From Paraspadella gotoi (Eukaryota; Animalia; Chaetognatha): a DNA stretch of 64,000 bases. Location of the stretch: assembly GCA_051294375.1 (NCBI GenBank), contig CM119264.1, forward strand, positions 1,099,923-1,163,922, read 5' to 3'. The notes under the pieces are model-generated. The model saw only the letters and a list, made by a program, of their open reading frames with translations. It was not told the origin of the DNA and did no database searches. Below are positions 1 through 13,102 of the stretch, in pieces (the first letter of the stretch is position 1; every line of letters begins with the position of its first letter). The translations under genes and the position numbers were made by a program.

Positions 1-1903
1 GGAGAATATTTTGGATTAAATAAAAACTACAACTCGTAGATTAAATAAATTTTATGGATTACTTTTAATGAAATGTTAAGATGATAAAATATTTGTTTTA
101 CAAATGTTTTGTGCTTTTCCTGTTATATGCTGCACATCCCTCACGTTGCTTTTCATGTATACTCTTCACGCCTTGCACGCGTTGTTGTTGTCTTGTTCTT
201 TTGTAAAAGAAAAGAAAATTTTTACAATTTTATCATGAATAAATAAGAAATGCAGTTACTTTTCCAAATTTAATTTTGTTATTCATAATGTTAATACAAT
301 GTTAAGGAATAATAAATTAAAATGTCAGTTATAGTGATAAAGTAACTGTATTGATGATAATAATTAAATAATGATATTTTTTTTGATGCATTAATTTTTT
401 GAAAAGAGGGACAGGATGGAGTGTGACATGTTAAAAATTTGAAAAATACTTGAATTGCGTTGTACCAGAATCTGCAATGATTATGAACTTGCAAAATATT
501 CAGCTCATAGTGAGAGACTGAACACATCTTAATACAGGCGGCGCTGACCTCCTGGTGACCAAAGGTCAAAAGTCAAAGGTTACGAGAAAAGGTCACATTT
601 AGACGATTGATCAACGTTATTTTAGTGACGGCTAAGTAATAATCATGGGAATGCAAAGTTAATTAATTTAATTATAAGTTTAATTTGTTAGTTGTCTATT
701 CATTTACAGTAAGAATTAAATTGCATTCCTATCCGTGATGATTCACTCATATTAAAGAACTCTAATCACCGATACGGTTGAAATTGGTGACTTCGCATTA
801 GAATGTGCGGGACTGATTCGTCACATTATTGTTTCTTAGCAACGACAGTAAAAAGCTAATCAAATATGTCATAATTATTATCAATCACTTATTCTTCTTA
901 AAAGTTTATTGATAGTATTTTCGATCATTCAATATCAACTACTTATTTTTTATATTTATTTGATATTGTAATTTGATCAATCAATCTCAATCACTTAATT
1001 AATTTTTAAGCTTCAGGAAGCACCATAGATGCCGGTGGTGCCATTGGCGATTCACAACAAGATGAGGATGCGAAACCATGTCGAGGATCCCATAGTTGGG
1101 TAATTGCACACTGATAAAAGAAATATTTTATAAGACTTTTTGCATCAATATGAGTTTGGATAGATTAATAGCAACAGTTTTGAAATTAAATTCGAGTTAT
1201 TAGCCAGCTATTAAGTTGAGTCTAATCATATTTCAGAATCCGTTTCTAAGCTAAACAATGGGTTACGTACGTCCGTCAGAGTTAGGCTGAGGTTGCCAAG
1301 GAAATATGTAAACATTTTTAGTTTTGTTTCACATTTGAGTTGCCAAATATTGGTTTTGATTGATCATTTATTGATATTGCTATTTTACTTGCTTTGCCGG
1401 CTTATTCTGCAGAACTGTTTTTATGACGCGTCTCTTTTTTTTTAGTTTTATAACTATTTAGCACATTTATCCAACTTGTTTTAATCCTAATTATTTAGTG
1501 CATTTATCTTTTTCTCCTGAGCCACGTGTATTGTTTAGTATTTTGTTTTTGCTCCGTCCTCCATTTCTTTTCGTTTTCTTTTGAATAATTAATAGTAACT
1601 TTAATTAATTATATTTTTAGGAGGGCGGTGTCAGAATACTCTGGTGCAACCCAAAGAAATCTCGGCCCAGTGTTTTAGAAATGACCACTTTTCTTTCTTT
1701 GTAAAAATGTAAACAATTGTACTTCGTCGATTCTGTCGGGAAATCTTGGTAGTTTTAGCCGTGGCTCCGAAGGAACGTTTCTCTTTAAATATTATTTTGT
1801 ATTTGTTACCTTATATATATTACAATAGATATTACAAACCCCTGTGTTTTTATAGGCCAAGAGAATTCGTCAGAAACTATCTCGTAGCTAGAGTATAGTA
1901 AAT

Positions 1904-1937
<34 letters not shown>

Positions 1938-2682
1938 TGAGAGAGAAAGAGAGAGGAGAGAAGAGAGAGAGCCAATTTAACCTCTCTAAATCAAATCTTT
2001 TATGTCTTCTCTCAAATTGAAATCACCATTAAGACATCAAGAAAAACTTTAAAACCAAATTTAACAATAACGATTCAACAATTGTTTTTGTATGTTACGA
2101 TATTAAGTTAGGAATTTATAAGTTAATAAGTTATTAAGTTAAGTTAATGAGTTAAGGAGTTAAGTTTACTATGAGTTAATAAGTTTATAAGGTTAATGAG
2201 GTTTTAAATTAAGTTAATGTCTCATTTTCCTTCTTTTTTTTTTCTTCATTTTTTGGGTTCCAGTATTTATCTCCCTACGTCCGCCACCATGCCCTCGACC
2301 CCCAACGCCACCCTTTGCGCCATTCCACGAGATTCCCACAGGCGCCGGATTGTTCTTCGATTAACGCCATTTTTTGTGGCGTAAATGAGGCGGAAGGCGG
2401 CGCCAAAGACGCTTCGGTTTGGCTTGGCGTCATCAGTCATGTCTGCTGCTGGGAAAGTCGGGAGGGTGGGCGACTTGGAAATATTAATTCTATCTTTTTT
2501 TTTTGAATAAGTTTACGAAATAAAAAATAGAAATCGCCATAAGAAATGTTAATATATGTTTGTTTACCTAAAAATCATCGAAATTTACATTTTTGGCGAC
2601 ATGTAATAGTGGAGATCCTTGGTATTTATTATGAGATTGGTACAACATTAAATTTATCCATTCGTCAAATAAATAAATAAAT

Positions 2683-2733
2683 ACTTTGGACACTGGACAG
2701 GCTTTGGTGGTTTAAGGCTTTCATCACCCTTAC
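2683..2733 (+). repeat. Dispersed repeat (ACTTTGGACACTGGACAGGCTTTGGTGGTTTAAGGC...CATCA)
   Basis: Reverse-complement copies at 57535-57593 and 63652-63700, and a partial copy at 27847-27885. Confidence 0.7.
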
Positions 2734-4088
2734 GAAATAATGACGTCGCAAGACTCTGCAAATTTTCAATCAAGACTCTGACATCCTTATCAATTAAGTG
2801 GCATGATGTGGTAAAGAATGTTTCTATAGTATGAAAAGATAACTCCCTTTAGTATACTTATTAAATATTATGTTATATTCAATTTAGGGATGAAAAGCTT
2901 TTCCGTTTCAAGCAGCCAATGAAATCAAAAAAAGTTTTTGACCCAATAAAATTACGCGAATCCATTTCAGATCCGTTGCCTTTTTTTTCGGGGGTGGATA
3001 GATATAACCCGAGGGAACACAGGTCAGAAAATGGCGAACGGAATTTCCAAACTGCCTTTTTTTCTTGCCTTCCTTCCTTCCTTCCTTCCTTCCTTTTTTN
3101 NNNNNNNNNNNNNNNNNNNNNNNNNNNNNNNNNNNNNNNNNNNNNNNNNNNNNNNNNNNNNNNNNNNNNNNNNNNNNNNNNNNNNNNNNNNNNNNNNNNN
3201 NNNNNNNNNNNNNNNNNNNNNNNNNNNNNNNNNNNNNNNNNNNNNNNNNNNNNNNNNNNNNNNNNNNNNNNNNNNNNNNNNNNNNNNNNNNNNNNNNNNN
3301 NNNNNNNNNNNNNNNNNNNNNNNNNNNNNNNNNNNNNNNNNNNNNNNNNNNNNNNNNNNNNNNNNNNNNNNNNNNNNNNNNNNNNNNNNNNNNNNNNNNN
3401 NNNNNNNNNNNNNNNNNCTACTTTTCTTTCATTTTTATTCTTCCAAAATCTTTTGACTCAAACTTTGGGTTTTTGCAATAAGCCATTGTCATTGCCATTG
3501 CCATGCCATTGCCATTGCCATTGCCATTGCCATGCAATTTCCATATAACCTCTCTACTATTACATTATCTTTGCCACAAACGCTATTGTCATTGCATTGC
3601 CATTTAACATTATCATTCTGGCATGGACCCTTTTTACTATGCCAAGCTGTCTCTATTTTTCCCCCCCATCTTCTTTGAGTTTTTTTGTCATTTTTCTGAC
3701 AGAATCAATTTTTGTATGACGGCCTTTTCAATAAACTTATTTTTAAATGTTTAACACTTTCTTCTTTCCGCTCTCTCCACAAATTCCACTCAATTATCTA
3801 CACTTTTCACGTTTTTCCGACCACAACATCTACTATTTTCTCTTTTCTCGAAACCACAAGTTCTATTTTCTTCTTTTTATCCGAAAAAAAANNNNNNNNN
3901 NNNNNNNNNNNNNNNNNNNNNNNNNNNNNNNNNNNNNNNNNNNNNNNNNNNNNNNNNNNNNNNNNNNNNNNNNNNNNNNNNNNNNNNNNNNNNNNNNNNN
4001 NNNNNNNNNNNNNNNNNNNNNNNNNNNNNNNNNNNNNNNNNNNNNNNNNNNNNNNNNNNNNNNNNNNNNNNNNNNNNNNNNNNNNNNN

Positions 4089-4125
<37 letters not shown>

Positions 4126-6239
4126 CTCAGGCGATAAAAGTGAGAAAAAAGTCATCTTTTCCTCACATCGACGACCTTTTCCTATCGCAGAATCAAGTCT
4201 TTTTCCTTTTTCTTTTTTTCTTTTTTTTCATATTTTGTGATTTAATATAGATAAGCGATAGATATATTTGTATTCATAGATATATTATGTATTTATACTA
4301 CTATTAACATGATTTCAATTTATAATCTCCATTTGTTTTCTGAAAGTTGAGGGTTCTTTTCAAATTTTATTCTACTCATCTATGTTAGATTGTGGACAAT
4401 TCTATGAATTCTTTTCGTTTGACAAATGCGACGTTTTAACCGAAAATGAAAAAAAATATTTTTATTGAAATATTGATATATATACTAGATCTAGTATCGA
4501 TTTAACTCTAGCGATGTTCTTTTTTTCTTCTTCTTCTTTTGGGAAACGCCCTCAAGGCTGCAGAGTTGTTTTCGTTGAGCTACCGAAAGATGGCGAGACT
4601 GTCGCCTTTCGGTTTATATTTTATTCATGGACGACGACGACGACAAAATTCTGGCAAAGAATTCAACACACAGAATTCTCCACACAGGATTTTGTATTTT
4701 TCTCTGTATATTTCTGAATCAAATTTAGTTTTTCTGATAAAAAAAAACCAAAAAAAAAAAAACATGCATTGGAGGGCGCCTGTTAGGCAAGAACGAATAA
4801 CACGAGCAGACAGAGATCGGGATCGAGATAATTATTAACATATATAATTATACAGCTATCAACTGCAATTGACAGCAATTTGACAGCAATCGATAGTAAT
4901 TAACAGAAATCGATAGTATTCAACCACAAGCAAATTCAATTAATCTTCAGAAATCCAGAGCAATCGACGCTTGGACAGCAAACAAGCAGTGTGCACACTG
5001 GTGATATTCGTGACGGTCTGACAAGTGACTACCTCCCCTTAACTCATTAAGCATAAAATTCGCTCTCGGGTTTTCAACACCACTTTTCTCTNNNNNNNNN
5101 NNNNNNNNNNNNNNNNNNNNNNNNNNNNNNNNNNNNNNNNNNNNNNNNNNNNNNNNNNNNNNNNNNNNNNNNNNNNNNNNNNNNNNNNNNNNNNNNNNNN
5201 NNNNNNNNNNNNTCACTCGGCCGATCCCGAAAATGGGCCTCGTGGGCGACCGCGCCTTTCCAACCGTAGGTCTTAGTTTTTTAATGTTTTAACCGAGAAA
5301 AAAAATCATTAAAAACCGATGCTCGATGCACAATGCACACTATGAGCACTGTGCGCAGTGTGCATTGACTGTGTTCACGGGCGACGTCGGTGATTTCGAT
5401 CACGTGAAAACTTAACTCACGTATATTTAGCTTGACACGTGAACAGCGGCTGCGCGACGGCATCGATTCACGTGCACATCGCCTTAGCCTCGTCGTCGTT
5501 GTTGTTGTAGTTGTTGTTGTTATTTGCTGCTTTCTCATTCAAAAATGAACTCTCGGCCCTATTTCACGAGAGCGTCCCATTTCAGCTTTAATTGGAAATT
5601 AAGTTGTAATAATTAGGTTAGGGGTTAGGGATAAGGAATTTGGATTTATGTTAGGGTTAGGGATATTGTTTTGGGTTTGGAATAAAGGTAGGTTTAGCTT
5701 TTATGGGACTTACCTTCAGCCGAAGAACGGTTAAAAAGGGAAAAAAACTTGGAAATTAGACTAATTTTTCTCTTGATCGATATCAAATAAATAAATTGTG
5801 AAGTAATAAAATTATTACATAATATTTCATATTTTTAAGCCATTTCTTTAAAGATTTTTATTTAATTATAATATATTATATTTATATTATATAATTATAA
5901 TAGTTACCTATCCAATAATCCAAATATTTTATTTTAAATTTTTTCCAAAAAAAACAGGACCTCCGTGTAGTTTAAAAGGTAGAAATCAGAATGGGGCGAT
6001 CCCGGAAAATAGATCCAAACTTCCGATAAATTGACGAACGTAAAAACGAAATCACAACACGTGTGCGCGCACTTAACAACGACAACAACAACGACGAGGA
6101 CGACGACGACGACGACGACGACGACGACAATAAAAAGCCTTTTGTCGATGGGAGGAGTGGTTATCTTCTGAATTATACTCCAACCAATAACAAGTTGAAA
6201 ACATCGAAAGAAGAGAAGAAAAGAGAAAAGAAGATAGAG

Positions 6240-6281
<42 letters not shown>

Positions 6282-6419
6282 AGAAAAAAGGGAAGGAGAA
6301 AAAAAAAGAAAAAGAGGAAATAAATACAGAGAGAGTGGCCTCCTCGCCATCAATGAAACAATTCTCTGCCCCTAATCTAAATTTCAAAAAACGCCAACGA
6401 GCTTTGAGAGAAGAGAAAA

Positions 6420-6506
6420 AGAGACGAGAGAGAGAGAGCGCATGGTCTCGCGTTTGGAGAGCGCAAAATAGATGGATGAGCGGTTTAGAAAGGGGGGGAA
6501 AGAAAC

Positions 6507-6543
<37 letters not shown>

Positions 6544-6650
6544 AGGCGTCATGGTTCTCAAGTTGAGGAAGGCCAAAGAATGGATGAGCGGTTAGAAAGT
6601 GGGGGGAAAGAATAAGTGAGAGAGAAAGAGAGAGAGAGAGAGAGATAGAG

Positions 6651-6688
<38 letters not shown>

Positions 6689-7060
6689 AAAGAGCGCATG
6701 TTCTCAGTTTGTGGCAAAGGCAAAAGATGGATGAGCGGTTAGCAAAGGGGCGGGGAAAAGAAAGTGGAGAGAGAGAGAGAGAGAGACGAGAGAGAAAGAG
6801 CGCATGGATTCTCAGTTTTGAAGGGGGGAAGGCAAAGATGGATGGAGGCGGTTGAGAAAGGGGGGGGAAAGAAAGTGAGAGAGAGAGAGGAAAGAGAGAA
6901 GAAAAGAGAAAAGAGCGCATGGTTTCAGTTGTGGAAGGAAAGGAGGTGGATGAGGCGGTTAGTAAAGGGGGGAAAGAGGAGAGAGAGAGAGAGAGAGGAG
7001 AGAGAGGAGAGAGATGAGAGAGAGAGAGAGAGAGAGAGAGGAGAAGAGAGGGAGAAGCAA
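6420..7060. repeat. ~115-bp tandem repeat (5 copies) with (GA)n spacers
   Basis: Recurring GAGCGCATGG..CTCAGTT..GGAAGGCAAA.GATGGATGAGCGGTTAG.AAGGGGGG. Confidence 0.8.
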
Positions 7061-7180
7061 GCAATAAAGGATTTTCAAACTTGACTGAATAGTCATGACC
7101 AGAAGAATGAAAGTTGAAGGCGCATTGCGGCCGCGCCGCGGACGATCCATTTTGTTGCTTTTATATCAGAAAGACGGTGG

Positions 7181-7216
<36 letters not shown>

Positions 7217-7828
7217 AGAGAGTAAAGAGAGAGAGAGAGAAGACAGGAGAGGAGAGAAGAGAGAAGAGAGAGTGAGAGAGAGAGAGAAAGAGAAAAAGAA
7301 CAGGAGAGAGAGAGTGAGTGAGTGAGAGAGACAGAGAGATAGAGATTTTGATTTGATTTGATTTGTAATGCACAAAAATGTGAAAGTTAACACATTAACA
7401 AATCATAATTTACACATATAAAAGTCATTTAAATTAGTTAGTCAGTTATCATTGAACCCTTTCCGTTTTTTATGTTCCACACAGAAGTTACTTTATTAAT
7501 AATTAAATGTAATTTGTCTCTGTTATTTCAAAATATATAATCAAATGGTGTTTCATCTTTTTCTGTAAAAATATTTATATGCTTCTATTTTTCACAATGA
7601 TGATGATTTTTGTCTTCTTAAACTTTACAGAACCCGCACTGTGCCGGAAGAGAGCCTTTGAAGTTTTTACCACATTCAACCATGACGTGTCGAGACATAA
7701 TGATAGCTCGAGCTTGCATTTTAATATCTCTGGCAAAGTTTTTAGAGAAAAAAATGTTATTTTGTATTTTGCTAATGATGGATTCAGTTTTTGTTTTTTC
7801 TATTATTTTACCTTGTTTATTTGTCAGT

Positions 7829-7943
<115 letters not shown>

Positions 7944-8120
7944 TTAAGTTGAGTAATAAACGTCGAGTAGGAAAATTTAAGCTCCATCTTTTAAATTTGA
8001 TTCCAAATGTTTTAAAAAAATAAATAAAATGGAAGAAAAACTATAAAACATTTTTACCTTTGGAAGAGTTTTGATAGCTGATATTGTGATATAAATCCTT
8101 TCTTTTCGTTGTTTGGGACG

Positions 8121-8241
8121 ATTAGAGACAGTTTGGGTTTAGTTTTGACAACGCTGATGAAGGCTTGAAATGAAGCCGAAACATGTCTGTTTTGAATTAA
8201 ATAAAAATCGTTGTCAAAACTAAACCCAAACTGTCTCTAAT
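8121..8241 (+). mobile_element. Truncated Penelope-like pLTR fragment closed by a 33-bp perfect inverted repeat
   Basis: ATTAGAGACAGTTTGGGTTTAGTTTTGACAACG (8121-8153) is the exact reverse complement of 8209-8241 and encloses the hammerhead. Confidence 0.7.
8150..8192 (+). ncRNA. Minimal type-I hammerhead ribozyme (Penelope-like element type)
   Basis: AACG-CTGATGA-A-GGCTT(gaaatg)AAGCC-GAAA-CATG-TC-TGTT: intact core, 5-bp stem II, palindromic ACATGT stem III, GUC cleavage triplet, stem I AACG/TGTT. Confidence 0.85.
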
Positions 8242-8339
8242 AGCTGATATATAAACCTGGTGAAGTTAATTTCGAACATTTGTATAATGTAAACATTCAC
8301 ATTTATTAATTAATAAAAGACAATACATTTGAGAGTTAA

Positions 8340-10130
8340 CTGATTCATTCATGTACAATGAACTACTTCATGTAAAATGAAGTGATTCATCAACAATGAA
8401 AAGTTTCATCGACAATAAACTGATTCATCGATAATGAGGTGATTCATCGATAATGAACTGATTCATCGACAATGAAATGATTCATTGACAATGAACTGAT
8501 TCATCCACAATGAACTGATTCATCGACAATGAACTGATTCATTGATAATAAAGTGATTCATCGACAATAAAATGATTCATCAATAATGAAAGATTCATTG
8601 ACAATGAACTGATTCATCAATAATGAAGTGATTCATGGACAATGAAATGATTCATCGACAATGAACTGATTAATTGGTAATGAAGTGATTCATCGACAAT
8701 GAACTGATTCATCAACAATGAACTGATTCGAGCCAATGAAAAGGAAGTTGTCATCGATAATGAAATGATTCATGCGATAATGAGACACCAGACACCCCCA
8801 CAAAATCATCCGAGCGCCCATCGGACATAGGTGCGAGTGGTTCACAAGAGTGGAAATGGCTGGGAATGTCCAATGCGACCCCCCGAACTGATTCATGCGA
8901 CAATGGGGGGACGGATGTCCATTCGGGGGAGGAGGGAGTGATTCAGGGGCAGCAGATAACTGATGTCAGACAATGAACGATTCATCAAGGGGCAGAGAGT
9001 GAACTGGGAGCGTGCAGGTCCGACAAATGGAAAATTCATCGATAAGGTGGAAGGAGGGTGATTCATGGGCGAGGAATGAACGAATTCGATCGACAATGGG
9101 TGGGTGAAACTAAGGAGCGAGGGTCGGATTAAGGGAGAACGGTGTGGAAGGACAATGAGGCGGGGCGGAGGGGCAATCGTATATATTTATTGTCATCGAC
9201 GAGAGTGGAAGGCTGGGGGGGAACTGCATGGGGCGGGAGGGCAATGGGGAAAATGATTCACCGATAATAAACTGATTCATGGGGGCAATGAGGAGGCGTG
9301 AGGTGCATCGACGAACTGAACTGATTCAGGTGACTAAGGGCGAGAGAAGGGAGTGAATCGCGGTGGTCAAAGGGGGGGGGGTCGTCGGCAGCGAATTCTT
9401 GATTTTTAATTTTCTTCAAAGATGAGATTTTCGCTCTCTGGTGAGAACCGGGGGAGCTGGGTCGACTTGGAAGGAGAGTGCGTGGGCTTTTCTTTGGTCT
9501 TTCTTCCTGGGGTGTAGAGTGGGGGCTTGCTTGCTGTCTGCTTAATGGGAGAGTGCGAGAGTGGGTGCGTGTGGCGAAGTGATTGATTGATTGATTGGGA
9601 TGTTTTATTTGCTTTGTCGGTTTTTTTGCTGTTGTCTACTTGGTTATTCTTCTTTCTTTGTTTCTGTGCGTGCGTGTTCTTTGGTTTCTTTCTTTCTTGA
9701 GTGTGTGTGGGTGCTGTTTTGGCGTGTGGGGTCCTGTTGCGTTGGGGTGCGGTGGTCCTTTCACTGCGTTTCAGTTGGGGGCCTTCAAAGGTCAGCGGGT
9801 GCGAGCCGGGATCTCATGTTATTACGGCTCGGAGCGCAAAGGAAGTGTANNNNNNNNNNNNNNNNNNNNNNNNNGATTCATCGACAATGAACTGATTCAT
9901 CAACAATGAACTGACTCATCGACAATGAAATGATTCATCGATAATGAAATGATTCATCGATAATGAACTGATTCATCGACAATGAACTGATTCATCGATA
10001 ATGAACTGATTCATCGACAATAAACTGATTCATCGACAATGAACTGACTCATCGACAATAAAATGATTCATCGATAATAAACTGATTCATTGACAATGAA
10101 CTGATTCATCGACAATGAACTGATTCAGTG
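8340..10130. repeat. 19-bp minisatellite (TGATTCATCGACAATGAAC)n, interrupted by a noisy duplicate and a gap
   Basis: Clean arrays at 8340-8770 and 9875-10130; the unit has an internal TTCAT/ATGAA dyad. Confidence 0.9.
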
Positions 10131-10545
10131 ACTAATTCAATGATGAATCCTTCAATCGTCTCAGCGAATTCTTGATTTTATTTTCTTTCAAAATAGATTT
10201 TCTCTCTTTACCTCGACTTTGAAAATCTTTTCTTTTCTTTCTTCCTGGTAAGCTTGCTTGCTTTCTCTTAATAATCATTCTTAATGATTGATTGATTGAT
10301 TGATTTTTTTATTTGTTTTTCGGTTTTTTTTTCTTTCTATCTTTTATTCTTTCTTTCTTTGTTTCTCTGTTTCTTTTTTTCTTTCTTTCTTTTTTGCTTT
10401 CTTTCCTTCTTTCCTTCTTTCACTCTTTCATTCCTTCAACAAGGTCAGCGTCACCGCATCTCATTTATTAGCCTCAACCAAGAATTACGCCCAACTAATG
10501 TCGGCTCCAACTTCCCAATTTCCTCTCTCTCTCTTTCTCTCTCTT

Positions 10546-10620
<75 letters not shown>

Positions 10621-12399
10621 CTGCGACTCACCAGAATCGGTGTCACCCTCTCAATTCGTTCAGCCGGTGACTCAATATCTCATCCTGCGCCTTTTTGCAT
10701 CGCGGTTATAGTCTTCGTCGTCGTCGTCGTCTTCGTCGTCGTCGTCGTTGTTGTCGTCATTAATGTCGTCGTCGTCGCCGTCGTCGTTAATGTCGTCGTA
10801 ATTCTTGTAAAGCGTTCCTTCTTTGTTGTCGTCTTTGATGAAAGAGGCTTTATCACCGTTGCCAAGCAACAATTTAATGCGCATGCGGAAAAGTGGAGAA
10901 AGTAGAGAGAGAGAGGCGGAAGCATCGAGAGAGGAAGAGAGAGAGAGAGGAAGAGAGAGGACGAGAGAGAGAGAGAGAGAGAGAAAGATGAGAGAAGAAG
11001 GAGAGAGAGACATGGGGGAACCGGGTACCTTAAATGCGTAGAAATATTGTTTAATTTTGTTAATTTGCTTAATTGTATTTTAATTTTGATTATAGTGATC
11101 CGATCGGGACATAAAGCAACGGAGAATCCGAAAATCCGAAACAAGAAAATAGAGCAAATCTAAATCTTTGATTATTGAAATACGAGGAAATTACTATGAT
11201 GTGACAATATTTGATAATGAGTAATACGATTATTTAATAATACTTGTTTGGGAAGAGAGAGAAGATGAAAAAGAGACGTGAACGAGTGATAGATTAACGA
11301 CGGAAAAACAGAAAAGATAATGATAGTTTAAGTGTGAAAACGACTATTTTGCACTTAAAGCGAAATAACGTTATAGATGCACTGGCTATAATCTACCCTC
11401 TATCTTAGTGCACGTTTGCCTTTGTGTGTGAGGGTCGGAGTTCACTGCGTCGAAGTTCGGGCTTGGGGTGGCAGTTCACGGGTAAAACTCTCTCGTGCTA
11501 CTGACTCTCTTCGTATAAGTCATCTCATCCGATTGGTACTCTCGTAGGAAATTTGCGTCTGATGTTTATCACTTCCATGAATTGAAGATTAAAGCACTAC
11601 ACAGTGATTCGGTGAGAATCGTTATATACTTGGATTGAACGGAGAATTAATCTCAGATGAACGAAAAAAATAGAAAAGTTGAACTGCTGTGACACATATC
11701 GTTGAAGAGGAAGAAAAGTAGATAATATGGTAAAGATTAAGATAAGAGATGAGCAAAGCAGAAATCTAAAGAATAATGAATAAGCATAAAATTTTATGAC
11801 CAAAGTTCAGAATTATAATTTAATATTATAAGATATAGATAAAAAAATAATAAAAGAACAGAAAAAAAAAACCCGAAAACCACACGAAGAAAATTTAATC
11901 AGTCCAATTCTAAATCATTAAGAATAAGTTATATAGATTAATACGAGAGGAAAATACAAGTCAATTTTTTTCCTTACCAGTGGAAAGTAACAAAAGAACA
12001 AACAGCTTTATTCTAGAAATCGAACCAGGTTAGATTGATGATAAATATATCTTTTGATAAAGTGAACAATTAATATTCACAAAGATATCTCTCTTAGCTA
12101 GTCACGCCAATATAAGGATTAGCTTTTATCATTGACTTAAAATGCTACAGATTGTCAAGTATATCAATAATATAATACAATAAACTCTGAGTTGGAGATC
12201 AAATGAATCAGAATACCAGTTTATATGTTTTAACAATGAAAGTCAGATAATTTATTCGTGAATAGATCCTTTCTTTGACATGATATCTAGTGTTTATTGG
12301 TCAGTATGTAAGAGATCGAGCTCATTTATCCGATATATGATGATCTCCGTATCATCATACTCTCATGATCTCTCNNNNNNNNNNNNNNNNNNNNNNNNN

Positions 12400-12433
<34 letters not shown>

Positions 12434-13066
12434 GGGGAACCGGGTTCAACGTTCGCTAATGAAATTATTAATCATTGTCGAATGTATAAATATTCAAATA
12501 GAAAGTTAAATGATATACTATGCTATGAGAATTTTATGGGTTGATATAATATAAAACATATATAATAATATATATAATATAAAAAAGTATCAAATGAATC
12601 AAAAGACGAATGCTTGCGACTCATGAAGAATCTGTAGTCGTGCATTGCTATAAGTTCCACCCGCCTATAAGCATGTCACTTTCAGTCGTAACCTGTGACC
12701 TCGTGACCATTAGGTACCGGGATCGATCCCCCAATGATACCTGCTCCTTGAGGACGGTCGTAAACCTCATTGGGGGCGTGGAAAACCCTAAAGCCTTCTT
12801 TTATGCCTAGGACCCGTTCCACCGCAGCTCGAGGGGGCACAGTAGTCTTCAGCCATCTTAGCTCCTAATCCGCAGATGAATATTATGATCCACAACGACA
12901 ACAACAAAATAAATTAGAACAACAACAACAACAACAGCAAGAATTGACGACGAAGATGACTTAAGATTTTAAGCCAATAACAACAACAACAACTACAACA
13001 ACAACAACTTTCCGCATCTCGTTAATCAAAATCACAACATCTTCCAAAAGATTGGGAAGATAATAA

Positions 13067-13102
<36 letters not shown>

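Noticed and set aside
2919-4250. ORFs spanning N runs
   Set aside because: They are open only because gaps translate as X.
5615-5665. GGTTAGGG motifs as a telomere
   Set aside because: There are only a few interrupted units at an internal position.
6420-7060. Repeat-spacer appearance resembling a CRISPR array
   Set aside because: The context is eukaryotic, the 'spacers' are (GA)n, the repeats are long and degenerate, and there are no cas genes.
5934-7393. Numerous ERERER / SLSLSL ORFs (also throughout the window)
   Set aside because: They are translations of (GA)n/(CT)n microsatellites with no domain content.
8340-8770. 19-bp partly palindromic repeat as CRISPR or operator array
   Set aside because: Units are head-to-tail with no unique spacers, so this is an ordinary minisatellite.
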